Below, in pieces: positions 9,660 through 18,692 of a stretch of 64,000 nucleotides of DNA (within the stretch, counting starts at the first letter, position 1; the number at the start of each line of letters is the position of its first letter). The notes below the pieces were generated by a model, which saw only the letters and a program-made list of their open reading frames with translations, did no database searches and was not told the DNA's origin. Made by a program: the position numbers and the translations under genes. The stretch comes from Candidatus Caldarchaeum sp. (lineage in GTDB: Archaea > Thermoproteota > Nitrososphaeria_A > Caldarchaeales > Caldarchaeaceae), in the NCBI GenBank assembly GCA_038844785.1, contig JAWBRA010000005.1, forward strand, positions 10,194-74,193, given 5' to 3'.

Positions 9660-10728
9660 AGACGTATGGGCTTACTGTGTAAAAGAAGGAAACCATCTTA
9701 CAAGGCCAAGCCTCGAGATACTTGCCGCAGCCCGTAAGGTCGCTGACAAGATAGGACAACAAGTTGCCGCCGTCATCATAGGCCATAACTTAGACGGTGT
9801 CCTGGATGAGGCGATAGCGTTCGGAGCTGATAAAGTATTGTACGCCGATGAACCCTGGCTTAAAAACTATCTCTGCCTTCCGTACACGCGTGTGTTGTGC
9901 GAGATGGCTGAGAAGATGAAGCCTTACGCGATTCTTTTCGTAGCGGATGAGCTGGGTAGAGATCTTTCACCGCGCGTGGCTTACAGGCTTAACACCGGCC
10001 TTGCGACAGACAACATAAACCTCGAAGTCGAGGACTATTATTTCGGCCCCACCAACACGACTTACAAAAACGTCCTAGCCCAGATAAGGCCTGACTTCGC
10101 TACGAGAGTAGCTAAAATATTCACGCCGAGACATAGGCCCCAGATAGCCAGCATAAGGCCTGGAAACTTCGAACCACTGCCCGAAGACCGTAGGAGGGTT
10201 GGTGAAAAAATCAGGTTTTACCCGACGCCTGTTCCAGAAGATTTCTCCGTCGAGGTCATTGAAGAGAGAGAGCTTCCTAAGCCCAGTGTCAACCTTGAGG
10301 AGGCCAAGGTTGTGGTCAGCATTGGGTTGGGAATACTTAAGGACGGTAGCGGAAACCCACGCAACCCACGGGAGGGTTTCATGCTGGCTAAGAAGCTTGT
10401 GGACTTGGTCAGGGAGAAGTTTGGTGTCCCGAGCGAGCTTGGAGCCACACGGGCGCTCATATACTCAGAGCTTAAAGAGCTTGAAGGCCTTGTTACGTCT
10501 GAAAGACAGGTTGGACAGACAGGTAAGACCGTGTCACCCGACGTCTACATAGCTGCAGGCATAAGCGGCTCAGTCCAGCACAGAGTCGGAATGATCAAGT
10601 CGAAGAAAATAGTGGCTATAAACAACGACCCTAAAGCACCAATCTTCGAGATAGCCCACTATGGGGTGAAAGCAGACCTTTACGAGGCCCTGCCTAAAAT
10701 CCTTGAAATCATCGAGAGGAGGTACTAA
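9640..10728 (+). CDS. fixB: Electron transfer flavoprotein alpha subunit (FixB-like)
   Basis: RQVGQTGKTVSPDVYIAAGISGSVQHRVGM and AINNDPKAPIF FAD-binding motifs; TTG start at 9640. Confidence 0.92.
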   Translation: MSTELYKDVWAYCVKEGNHLTRPSLEILAAARKVADKIGQQVAAVIIGHNLDGVLDEAIAFGADKVLYADEPWLKNYLCLPYTRVLCEMAEKMKPYAILFVADELGRDLSPRVAYRLNTGLATDNINLEVEDYYFGPTNTTYKNVLAQIRPDFATRVAKIFTPRHRPQIASIRPGNFEPLPEDRRRVGEKIRFYPTPVPEDFSVEVIEERELPKPSVNLEEAKVVVSIGLGILKDGSGNPRNPREGFMLAKKLVDLVREKFGVPSELGATRALIYSELKELEGLVTSERQVGQTGKTVSPDVYIAAGISGSVQHRVGMIKSKKIVAINNDPKAPIFEIAHYGVKADLYEALPKILEIIERRY

Positions 10729-12425
10729 TGGCTGAGAAGTTTGATGCCGTGGTGGTGGGCGCCGGACCGGCTGGTTCCGCAGCCGCTTTGACGCTGGCCC
10801 GGAACGGATACGACGTCTTGATGCTTGAAAAGACACAGCTGCCTGGACAGAGGAACGTGTCGGGAGGCGTTTTGTTCGGCGGATTCACTGATGGGCTGGG
10901 GCTTATAGACCTACTCCCCGAGTTTGAAGAGGAGGCGCCTCTCGAGAGGAAGATCTCGGGCCACGAGCTTTATCTGCTAAGCCAGCACGTAAGGAAAAAC
11001 GGGGACTGGGAGTACAGGTTCGTCAAGTTCGATAAGAGGTCTTTATTGACAAAGGTTGGTTTAACCATGCTCAACGCATCAAGCGGACATGACTACACAG
11101 TCCTGAGGGCGCGTTTTGACAGGTGGATGGCTTCGAAAGCGGTTGAGGAAGGCGCTATGCTCGCCACGTCAAAAACGGTTGAAAACCTCATATTCAAAGA
11201 CGGCAGGGTGGTGGGTGTTGTTACCCAGGATGAGGAGATATATGCTGACATGGTGATAGACTGCGGGGGGGTGACCTCACTTCTCCCCGAGAAGGCTGGA
11301 ATAAGACCTAGGCTTACTCCAGCTCAAGTCTACCATGGTGTAAAACAGGTTTTGAAGCTGTCGCCTCAGAAAATTGAAGAATTTTTCAAGCTTGACGACG
11401 GTTTCAAAACACTCTATCTGCTGGGGCCCTTTATGCACGGCATCGTCGGAGGCGGTTTCATATATCCCAACAAAGACACGCTATCTGTAGGTATAGTGGT
11501 TGGGCTTTCTTCTGCGCTACCCGTGTTCACAAGACGTTTCAACGAGTTGGGCAAACCCTTTGAGATTCTCGAGGAGATGATGTCTCATCCGTTCGTCAGC
11601 CAAATATTACAGGAGGCAAAACCGGTCGAGTACTCGGCTCACAACATTCCAAAAGGCTACAAGGTCCTTCCCGACAAACCTTATGCTCCCGGCTTCCTAC
11701 TGGCCGGCGACGCGTTAGGTGTTTTCTACAAGATTGGAGCCCTTATCGACGGAATCAGACCGGCTATAGCCTCCGGAATTTTAGCCGCGCGAACTTTCAT
11801 CCACGCAAAGAACCAAGGCGACTTCAGCGCTTCGACCCTCTCGATTTACAGAAAGCTTCTAGAACCGTTGTACAGGCTTGTCTCAAAGTCGAGGACAAAC
11901 AGCGCCCTGATTGAGCGTAAGATTTTCTATTCAACAAGCTGCGAGGCCATGTTTAAGCTTGGCTTGGGCAGAAAAGCGGTCGCAAAGATAGCAAACGTTG
12001 GAAACAACGGCAAGGACATGATGCAGACTATACAGCAGATGACCGGGCTTCTCGACTATCAGGAAGACAAGCTTAGGTCGCACATAGAGGTAAACCAAGC
12101 TATGGCATCTTCTGACAGGGAGAAAGCATGGATACCCATGTGCCCCGTCAACTGCTATACCCTGGTGACGGGTAAAGGTGTTTTCGCATCTTTCAAAGAC
12201 CTTTACCGATACAACCTAGAGAGCCTGAAGAAGAATGGTTTGGATGAAAGGACGGCGGCTAGAAAGGCCTTGGAGACAACGTTGGAAGACATTAGGTTGG
12301 GGCAGCTGAAGTTCGACCACGTGGCTTGTGTGGCATGCGGGACGTGCGGCGTGATCGGACCGCCGTCCATGGTTAGGTTTGGCCATGAATGGAATGGGTA
12401 CGGTGTTAAGTTTAAATATGGTTAA
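10728..12425 (+). CDS. fixC: FixC flavoprotein (ETF:quinone oxidoreductase type) fused to a FixX ferredoxin-like domain
   Basis: GAGPAG Rossmann motif, NVSGG, LRARFDRW, LAGDA; C-terminal CPVNCY...CVACGTC...GYGVKFKYG typical of FixX. Confidence 0.88.
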   Translation: MAEKFDAVVVGAGPAGSAAALTLARNGYDVLMLEKTQLPGQRNVSGGVLFGGFTDGLGLIDLLPEFEEEAPLERKISGHELYLLSQHVRKNGDWEYRFVKFDKRSLLTKVGLTMLNASSGHDYTVLRARFDRWMASKAVEEGAMLATSKTVENLIFKDGRVVGVVTQDEEIYADMVIDCGGVTSLLPEKAGIRPRLTPAQVYHGVKQVLKLSPQKIEEFFKLDDGFKTLYLLGPFMHGIVGGGFIYPNKDTLSVGIVVGLSSALPVFTRRFNELGKPFEILEEMMSHPFVSQILQEAKPVEYSAHNIPKGYKVLPDKPYAPGFLLAGDALGVFYKIGALIDGIRPAIASGILAARTFIHAKNQGDFSASTLSIYRKLLEPLYRLVSKSRTNSALIERKIFYSTSCEAMFKLGLGRKAVAKIANVGNNGKDMMQTIQQMTGLLDYQEDKLRSHIEVNQAMASSDREKAWIPMCPVNCYTLVTGKGVFASFKDLYRYNLESLKKNGLDERTAARKALETTLEDIRLGQLKFDHVACVACGTCGVIGPPSMVRFGHEWNGYGVKFKYG

Positions 12426-12488
12426 TATGGTACCAATCTTATTTTATGATAAGAATAGCTTAAATTAAGGCTAAAACAGGCATACCCC

Positions 12489-13340
12489 ATGACCTACGCA
12501 AACCCCAGCGTTCTAGCGGAAGTTGAATGGCTGAAACAAAACCTGGCAGACCCCAGCATAAAAGTCGTGGAGGTTGACTACGACCCGAAGCTGGCTTACG
12601 AACAAGGCCATATACCCGGAGCCTTGCTGATCGACTGGAGGAAAGACATGAACAAGCAGGACGTCCGTGACATAATAGACGCCCGCGAGTTTGAAAACCT
12701 CATGTCACGTTTAGGCATCTCAAACGACACCCACGTAATACTCTACGGCGACTACAACAACTGGTTTGCGACTTTCGCCTTCTGGGTCTTCGAAATGTAC
12801 AACCATAAGAAAGTCCAGCTCCTCAACGGCGGAAGGAAAAAATGGATCGATTCCGGCGGAGAGCTCACAAAAGAAGTGCCAAAGCCAAAGCCAGCGGTAT
12901 ACCGTGTCGAGAAAATCAACCTTGAACAGCGGGTTTTCCTTGATGAGCTTTTGAAGGAGAAAATAGCGGATCCGAACTTGGTTTTAGTCGACGTTAGGTC
13001 ACCTGCGGAGTTTACCGGCGAGATCACGGCTCCTCCGGAATATCCTAACGAGCATGCGCAAAGGGGCGGCCATATCCCAGGTGCGGTAAACATTCCTTGG
13101 GGGCAGGCGGTACGTGAAGACGGCACTTTCAAACCTGCTGAAGAGCTTAGGCAGCTCTACAGCTCAAAAGGAGTTACTCCGGATAAAAACGTAGTCACTT
13201 ACTGCAGAATCGGCGAGAGAGCTAGCGTAACATGGTTTGTGTTGAAACATTTGGTTGGATACCAGCGTGTCCGAGTTTACGACGGCAGCTGGACAGAGTG
13301 GGGTAACCTCGTTAGGTTTCCGATAGAGAGGCAGCGTTGA
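12489..13340 (+). CDS. Two-domain rhodanese (thiosulfate sulfurtransferase)
   Basis: GHIPGA twice, active site YCRIGER, C-terminal VYDGSWTEW signature. Confidence 0.95.
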   Translation: MTYANPSVLAEVEWLKQNLADPSIKVVEVDYDPKLAYEQGHIPGALLIDWRKDMNKQDVRDIIDAREFENLMSRLGISNDTHVILYGDYNNWFATFAFWVFEMYNHKKVQLLNGGRKKWIDSGGELTKEVPKPKPAVYRVEKINLEQRVFLDELLKEKIADPNLVLVDVRSPAEFTGEITAPPEYPNEHAQRGGHIPGAVNIPWGQAVREDGTFKPAEELRQLYSSKGVTPDKNVVTYCRIGERASVTWFVLKHLVGYQRVRVYDGSWTEWGNLVRFPIERQR

Positions 13341-13996
13341 AGTCTGCGGATGGATGTTTCTTACCGGAGGACAGGGGCTACGTCGTTGAACACGACCTAT
13401 GGTTCAAGAACGTTGCGGAGAACAGGTATTTGGTGGGAGCGTGCCAACCATTTCTTTTCATGGCAGGCAGGCCTAAAAAAGTAAACGTAAGAGGTAAAGG
13501 AACCTTAGTCAGACGGAACACAGCCATTGCCCTTGTTGTTTCGTCAAAGATGGAGGGCGCTTTGCTGTCGCCTGTTGACTTAGAAATACTGCATGTTAAC
13601 GATTTTGTGTTGCAAAACCCCGAGGTTTTAGCTGACGACCCTTATGAAAAAGGATGGCTAGCTGAAATAATCTGCCACTCAACCCCTGCATTAACAGGTG
13701 CGGAAACAGCCTCCGTGTTATATGAGCAGTTGAACAGCCGGCGTGGGGTTGTCTGCTTCGACATAGTCCCACATTACCAGATGACTGTGTTTGGGGAAAG
13801 CTGTGAGAGTATTTTGACTAAGATAGGTAATTTCATGAGTCAACACGTGGGTGTAGGCGAGACGCTTTACGTTGTGACGCAGGACCCGGCTACAGAGGTG
13901 GACATGATTAACTGGGCTGAGAAAACAGGTCAGCATCTCCTAGGCATGAAAAGGTTTGGAAAAACCATTCACGTAATGTACAAGCGCATGGTTTAA
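13337..13996 (+). CDS. Lipoyl-carrier (GcvH/LbpA-like) domain fused to a C-terminal TusA/SirA-like domain
   Basis: HDLW, VVSSK (candidate lipoyl Lys) and DPYEKGW H-protein motifs; C-terminal GESC...GETLYVVTQDPATEVDMINWAEKTGQ matches the TusA pattern; 4-bp overlap with the rhodanese. Confidence 0.75.
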   Translation: MKSADGCFLPEDRGYVVEHDLWFKNVAENRYLVGACQPFLFMAGRPKKVNVRGKGTLVRRNTAIALVVSSKMEGALLSPVDLEILHVNDFVLQNPEVLADDPYEKGWLAEIICHSTPALTGAETASVLYEQLNSRRGVVCFDIVPHYQMTVFGESCESILTKIGNFMSQHVGVGETLYVVTQDPATEVDMINWAEKTGQHLLGMKRFGKTIHVMYKRMV

Positions 13997-14532
13997 GCTC
14001 GCCACCATTCAAACATCACATACGTCACCTTATCTTCAGCGGGAACCGCTACTGTAAAATATTTTTTCACCGAGGTAGCGAGCCTTCCGGACCGTATTAT
14101 CTCCAGAGCTGAAATCTTTCCATTCTGTTCCTTAACCTGTATGATGAATGGGGCGTGGTCGATGCCTGGTCCATGCCGGTAGACTGCGAAATCGCTGCCA
14201 AACTTTATCCCGGGGAGAACTATGAAACCCCTATTCCTCAAATCGCTGTAAACTGTGTATTTTTTCAACAGATTCTCGTCCTGGGCTATGGCATGTTTTT
14301 CCAGCTCTTCCGCCGTTAGTTCCTTGCCTGAGCTGAACACTTTCAGAAGGCCGTTTCTATGAAGGTACAGTGCTTCCAGCAAGTCCAAAACGAGGGGTGC
14401 GTCGAAGTTCATGTCCCTTGGCTTGGGTATGCCCAAGGGTTTTCCGAAAAAACCTTTCCTGTAAAGATCTCTGGCCTCTTCCACGTCCCATACTATTACG
14501 CTGTCCTTTAACAGCTCTCCCCGTGCCAACAA
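13993..14532 (-). CDS. endA: tRNA-splicing endonuclease catalytic subunit
   Basis: GIKFGSDFAVYRHGPGIDHAPF with catalytic Y/H/K; GFFGKPLGIPKP loop. Confidence 0.93.
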   Translation of the reverse strand: MLARGELLKDSVIVWDVEEARDLYRKGFFGKPLGIPKPRDMNFDAPLVLDLLEALYLHRNGLLKVFSSGKELTAEELEKHAIAQDENLLKKYTVYSDLRNRGFIVLPGIKFGSDFAVYRHGPGIDHAPFIIQVKEQNGKISALEIIRSGRLATSVKKYFTVAVPAEDKVTYVMFEWWRA

Positions 14533-14539
14533 CTTCAGC

Positions 14540-15205
14540 CTAAAGGATTACAAACGAGAGAACACGCAGGGTTTCAACAGCCTCCTCAGACCTGTCGGCT
14601 ATGTCTTCAAGCATCGAGACTATCTCGCGGACAAGCAGTAGCTGGCCAACCTTCATGTCCGTCTGAAGTATGGTTAGGTCGAGGTTGCGGTAGATTTCGT
14701 CTACGTTTCGCTCAGCCTCTTCAGTCTCTTTAACTTTCTGGAGAAATGTCTCGCTGTTCAGGGTAACGGCTAGAAGAGCCTCTCTTAGCTTTGTCACAGA
14801 CTGTAGCACGGCGTCGCACAGCTTCAACACATTAGCCAAAATCTCCCTATCAATCTTCATACGGGCCTTGGTTAAGCCTAAGATTCTGTACGCCACGCCC
14901 TCCGCAGTGTCTGCTATCCGGTCAATTCCGTTAACCAGACGGATGAAATCTTCTCTGTTGGTGAGTATGGCTCCTATGTCTGACACCTCTTTCTCTACAA
15001 GCCTTCTAGACTCTTTGGCGGCTTCGTCGGCCTTCAGCACGGCCGCGTAAAGCTCCTCCATCTTCTTAATATCATAGTCCTTGTTGAGCGAATCGAGCAT
15101 GAGCGACGTTTTTCTTAAAAGCTCCAAAACATTCCTTATCTGGTCTTGAGCGAGGCTGAGAAGCCTCGACCTATAATCTTCCATCCTTTCTCTTGCAGCA
15201 TACAA
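14540..15205 (-). CDS. DUF47/PhoU-like helical protein
   Basis: REDFIRLVNGIDRIAD, ExxxDEIYR and LEDIADRSE repeats. Confidence 0.8.
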   Translation of the reverse strand: MYAARERMEDYRSRLLSLAQDQIRNVLELLRKTSLMLDSLNKDYDIKKMEELYAAVLKADEAAKESRRLVEKEVSDIGAILTNREDFIRLVNGIDRIADTAEGVAYRILGLTKARMKIDREILANVLKLCDAVLQSVTKLREALLAVTLNSETFLQKVKETEEAERNVDEIYRNLDLTILQTDMKVGQLLLVREIVSMLEDIADRSEEAVETLRVLSFVIL

Positions 15206-15273
15206 GCCGTGGCACCTGCTGTTGATAATGCATTAAACATTTTTAAAGATATCGTGGCTGCGTGATTTGATGT

Positions 15274-15867
15274 ATGAAGGTTGCCGGAGCGGTAGTTGCT
15301 TCTGGTTTTGCTAGACGTTTTGGCGGTGATAAACTAGTCACCCCTTTACTTGACAAGCCTCTTTTAACATGGGCCCTCGAATCCATAGCCCACCTGGATT
15401 ATAAGGCGGTTGTTTTGAAGAAGTTTGATGAGAAGCGAAGACTTGTACCGCCTGCTTTTACTGTTCTAGTCAACCTAAACGCTGAAAAGGGTTTGAGCTC
15501 TGCGTTAAGAGTTGCTGCATCATGGATGCCTGCGGATGCTGACGGGCTGGCGGTGGTGTTAGGAGACATGCCGTTTTCTAAGAAGGTTGTCGACGAGCTT
15601 GTGAAAGCCTTCCATTTAGGCGGGTTCGACGCCGTTTCAGCGGGGCTGAACAGCAATCCTGTAAACCCAGCGGTTTTCTCTAGAAAAATCGTCCACCACT
15701 TGATTTCTCTTGAAGGAGACGTCGGAGCCCAGACAGTCCTCAAAAAAGTTAAAACCCTTGTCATAGATTTTGACAGACGGCTTTTGACAGACGTGGATAC
15801 ACCGGAAGACTTAGCGGAAGCGGTCAAAGCTGTGGAAGAGCTACGTCGTCTCAAGTACCTCGACTGA
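15274..15867 (+). CDS. MobA/MocA-family nucleotidyltransferase
   Basis: VASGFARRFGGDKL, LGDMP, GDVGA and DVDTPED motifs. Confidence 0.85.
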   Translation: MKVAGAVVASGFARRFGGDKLVTPLLDKPLLTWALESIAHLDYKAVVLKKFDEKRRLVPPAFTVLVNLNAEKGLSSALRVAASWMPADADGLAVVLGDMPFSKKVVDELVKAFHLGGFDAVSAGLNSNPVNPAVFSRKIVHHLISLEGDVGAQTVLKKVKTLVIDFDRRLLTDVDTPEDLAEAVKAVEELRRLKYLD

Positions 15868-16767
15868 GTCTATTTTGCCATCACCGTCGAGGTCCAGACC
15901 CTCCACAACCGCTGCCCAGCTTTCCTGACCTTCGTAAGATTCTAACAGTTTCTCCCAACCGGTTGTCAGAGATATTACCGCTGCCTTTGTTCCGGAGGCT
16001 CTGAGCCCCGCTAGAACGATGGCCGTGTTGTTGGGGTTGCTGGGGTTTGGTGTTTTTGCGACGAGGCCGATGAACTCGCTGGTGTAAGTTTGTTTCGGCG
16101 AGACAAGGCCAGCCCAGTAGTTGCTTTCTAGGAAGCTTATCGGCAGGCTGGTGTTCACCATGGCTGTGATTAGGTTGGTGCCCGGCCCTCCCAGCAACAG
16201 CAAGTTGTTTGTGTAAAGCTTCTCCGACTTGACGTCCACGTCAAGCCTTACAGCGAAGTCAGCAGGTAGCCCCACATACCTACCTAGGAAAAGACCAAGC
16301 TGGAAACCATAGTGGCCGTCAGAGGCCACAGACCTGAAGGGGCCGTGGGGATGGGGTGAGCCGACCACAACCAAGCCGTTTAGCTTTCCATCCCTTACAA
16401 ACGGGTGGAGAAAGGCTGACAGCTTTTCAGGCATCTCAACCTTCTTGAAATGACGGCGCCAGGGATGCTTGGGAAAAACTACGGCTATTCCCGAGGAGGT
16501 GGTTTTGTACAACCTTGCCCTCCCACCTCTAACCTCTGTTTCACCAACCTCCGTCAAAAAACCTGTTTTGAGCATCCTCTTCACATACATCCCGACCGCC
16601 TGCTTGCTAACTCCCAGCTTCTCGGCGACGTTGGCAGGGTAGTCTGGCTTGCGAAAAGCCCCAGCTATCTCAGCCGCAAGCCTTGACGAAAATACCTTAG
16701 CTGAATCTGCGCTCGCCAATGCAACGTCTATTTCACGCAGTCCATAGACAAGCCTAGCTCTTCTCAT
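15841..16767 (-). CDS. Winged-HTH transcriptional regulator with an uncharacterised C-terminal domain
   Basis: PANVAEKLGVSKQAVGMYVKRM...RGGRARLY wHTH; C-terminal VVGSPHPHGP and LLGGPGTN; divergent from glmS. Confidence 0.75.
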   Translation of the reverse strand: MRRARLVYGLREIDVALASADSAKVFSSRLAAEIAGAFRKPDYPANVAEKLGVSKQAVGMYVKRMLKTGFLTEVGETEVRGGRARLYKTTSSGIAVVFPKHPWRRHFKKVEMPEKLSAFLHPFVRDGKLNGLVVVGSPHPHGPFRSVASDGHYGFQLGLFLGRYVGLPADFAVRLDVDVKSEKLYTNNLLLLGGPGTNLITAMVNTSLPISFLESNYWAGLVSPKQTYTSEFIGLVAKTPNPSNPNNTAIVLAGLRASGTKAAVISLTTGWEKLLESYEGQESWAAVVEGLDLDGDGKIDSVEVLETT

Positions 16768-16843
16768 AACCAGTAAAAAAAATATTTCACCGGTTAATCA
16801 ACCTTTGAATCGTGTTTATAAACAGGTTGTCCATCGGAACCGT

Positions 16844-18661
16844 ATGTGCGGCATTGTCGGATACGTTGGCGAAGCTAGGGCTGCGCCTATTCTGGTAAAG
16901 TCTCTCAAAAGGCTTGAGTATAGGGGGTACGACTCAGCGGGTATCGCGACAATCTACGACGGCAAGCTTTACATCGAGAAGGACGCGGGAAAAATCGATG
17001 AGATAAACCTAAAGCTTGGGTTTGACACGCTGCCGGGCTTTATAGGAATAGCACACACAAGATGGGCGACCCACGGCGCCCCCACGAAGGTTAACGCACA
17101 TCCCCACACCGACTGCGGAAATACAATCGCAGTCGTCCACAACGGCGTTCTGGAGAACTTTTTACAACTGAAGAAAGAGCTTTCCGACCTAGACCACGTG
17201 TTTGTATCTAAAACAGACACCGAGGCTATTCCGCATTTGCTTGAAGAATACCTGAAGGCTGGCGAAAGCCTGGAGAAGGCGTTCATAAAGATGTTACGTA
17301 GGCTTGAAGGCAGTTACGCCCTGGCAGTTGTCTCGTCAAAACATCCTGACATGCTTCTTACCGCTAGGAAGGAGGCGCCGCTCATCATAGGTGTTGGAGC
17401 GGGATTCAACATGGCCGCGTCAGACATAACAGCGTTGCTTGACATGACCAGGGAGATGGTTTTTCTCCACGACGGTGATGCAGCGATCTTGACAAAGGAT
17501 GGTTACCGCATCATAAGGATAGACAGTGGAGAGGCTGTTGAGAGACCGGTTAAACACGTTGAATTAAGCGTGGAGATGGCTGAGAAACAGGGATATGCCC
17601 ACTTCATGCTTAAGGAGATTTTTGAACAGCCTCAAACGCTCAGAGACTCTCTCCGACTACAGCAGGAATACGTTGACCTGCTGGCGGAACTACTTGACAA
17701 AGGCCGGGTGATTTTCCTGGTTGGTGCCGGAACATCCTACAACGCTTGTTTGGCGGGCTCCTACCAGCTTTCGCACATGGCCCGTATGGCAACCTACCCG
17801 GTCATCGCTTCAGAATTCATCCCAAACTACGGTGGCTCTCTCGGAGCAGACACCGTTGTCTTGGCGGTCAGCCAGTCGGGTGAAACGGCTGACGTCTTGA
17901 ACGCCCTCGAATACGCGAGGATGAGGGCCTGCACGATCTTGGGGTTGACAAACACTGTTGGCTCAACCCTGACCCGAATATCGCGGGCATACGTCCTCCA
18001 AAACTCGGGGCCAGAGATAGGTGTGGCGGCAACGAAAACTTTCACGTCCCAGGTGCTTTCGCTGGCCCAGATTGCATTAAGGCTGGCTAGGCTTAGGGGG
18101 AAGATAGCTCAGTATGAGATGGATGAGTTCAAGTCAGAGCTGGCGAAAGTTCCTAAGATAGTTGAGGAGGTTTTGATGAAATGCGGGCCCCGTGTGCAGG
18201 AACTGGCGCGACTCCTTGCACCTAAAAAATTTTTATTCGTGTTGGGTAGGGGTGTGTCAACCAGCACAGCATACGAAGGCCGTCTTAAGGTGATGGAGCT
18301 TTCCTACATACCGTGCATAGCTTATCCAGCCGGCGAAAGTAAGCATGGACCTATAAGCGTGATAGAGAAGGATGTCCCAGTCATATTCGTCGCACCCAAC
18401 GACGAATACAGAAAATTAAACATCGGAAGCATAATGGAGATGAAGGCTCGGGGAGCCTATGTCGTGGTTTTCGGCGACGCTGCTGACGATGAGCTTAGGC
18501 AGCTAGCTGACTTCTACATAGGGTTGCCTAGGGTCCACCCGCTTTTAACACCAATCCCCTACGCCGTCCCGTTCCAGCTACTCGCCTACCATCTCGCCGT
18601 CTTGAAAGGACTGGACCCCGACAAGCCTAGAAACCTTGCAAAATCCGTAACCGTCCTTTAA
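16844..18661 (+). CDS. glmS: Glutamine--fructose-6-phosphate aminotransferase
   Basis: MCGIVG N-terminal nucleophile, HTRWATHG, SQSGETAD, DPDKPRNLAKSVTV. Confidence 0.97.
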   Translation: MCGIVGYVGEARAAPILVKSLKRLEYRGYDSAGIATIYDGKLYIEKDAGKIDEINLKLGFDTLPGFIGIAHTRWATHGAPTKVNAHPHTDCGNTIAVVHNGVLENFLQLKKELSDLDHVFVSKTDTEAIPHLLEEYLKAGESLEKAFIKMLRRLEGSYALAVVSSKHPDMLLTARKEAPLIIGVGAGFNMAASDITALLDMTREMVFLHDGDAAILTKDGYRIIRIDSGEAVERPVKHVELSVEMAEKQGYAHFMLKEIFEQPQTLRDSLRLQQEYVDLLAELLDKGRVIFLVGAGTSYNACLAGSYQLSHMARMATYPVIASEFIPNYGGSLGADTVVLAVSQSGETADVLNALEYARMRACTILGLTNTVGSTLTRISRAYVLQNSGPEIGVAATKTFTSQVLSLAQIALRLARLRGKIAQYEMDEFKSELAKVPKIVEEVLMKCGPRVQELARLLAPKKFLFVLGRGVSTSTAYEGRLKVMELSYIPCIAYPAGESKHGPISVIEKDVPVIFVAPNDEYRKLNIGSIMEMKARGAYVVVFGDAADDELRQLADFYIGLPRVHPLLTPIPYAVPFQLLAYHLAVLKGLDPDKPRNLAKSVTVL

Positions 18662-18692
18662 AAATATCTAAAACTTACACAGAGGTTAGCCG

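Noticed and set aside
16768-16843. glmS ribozyme
   Set aside because: The intergenic region is only 76 bp, must hold divergent promoters, and shows no ribozyme core
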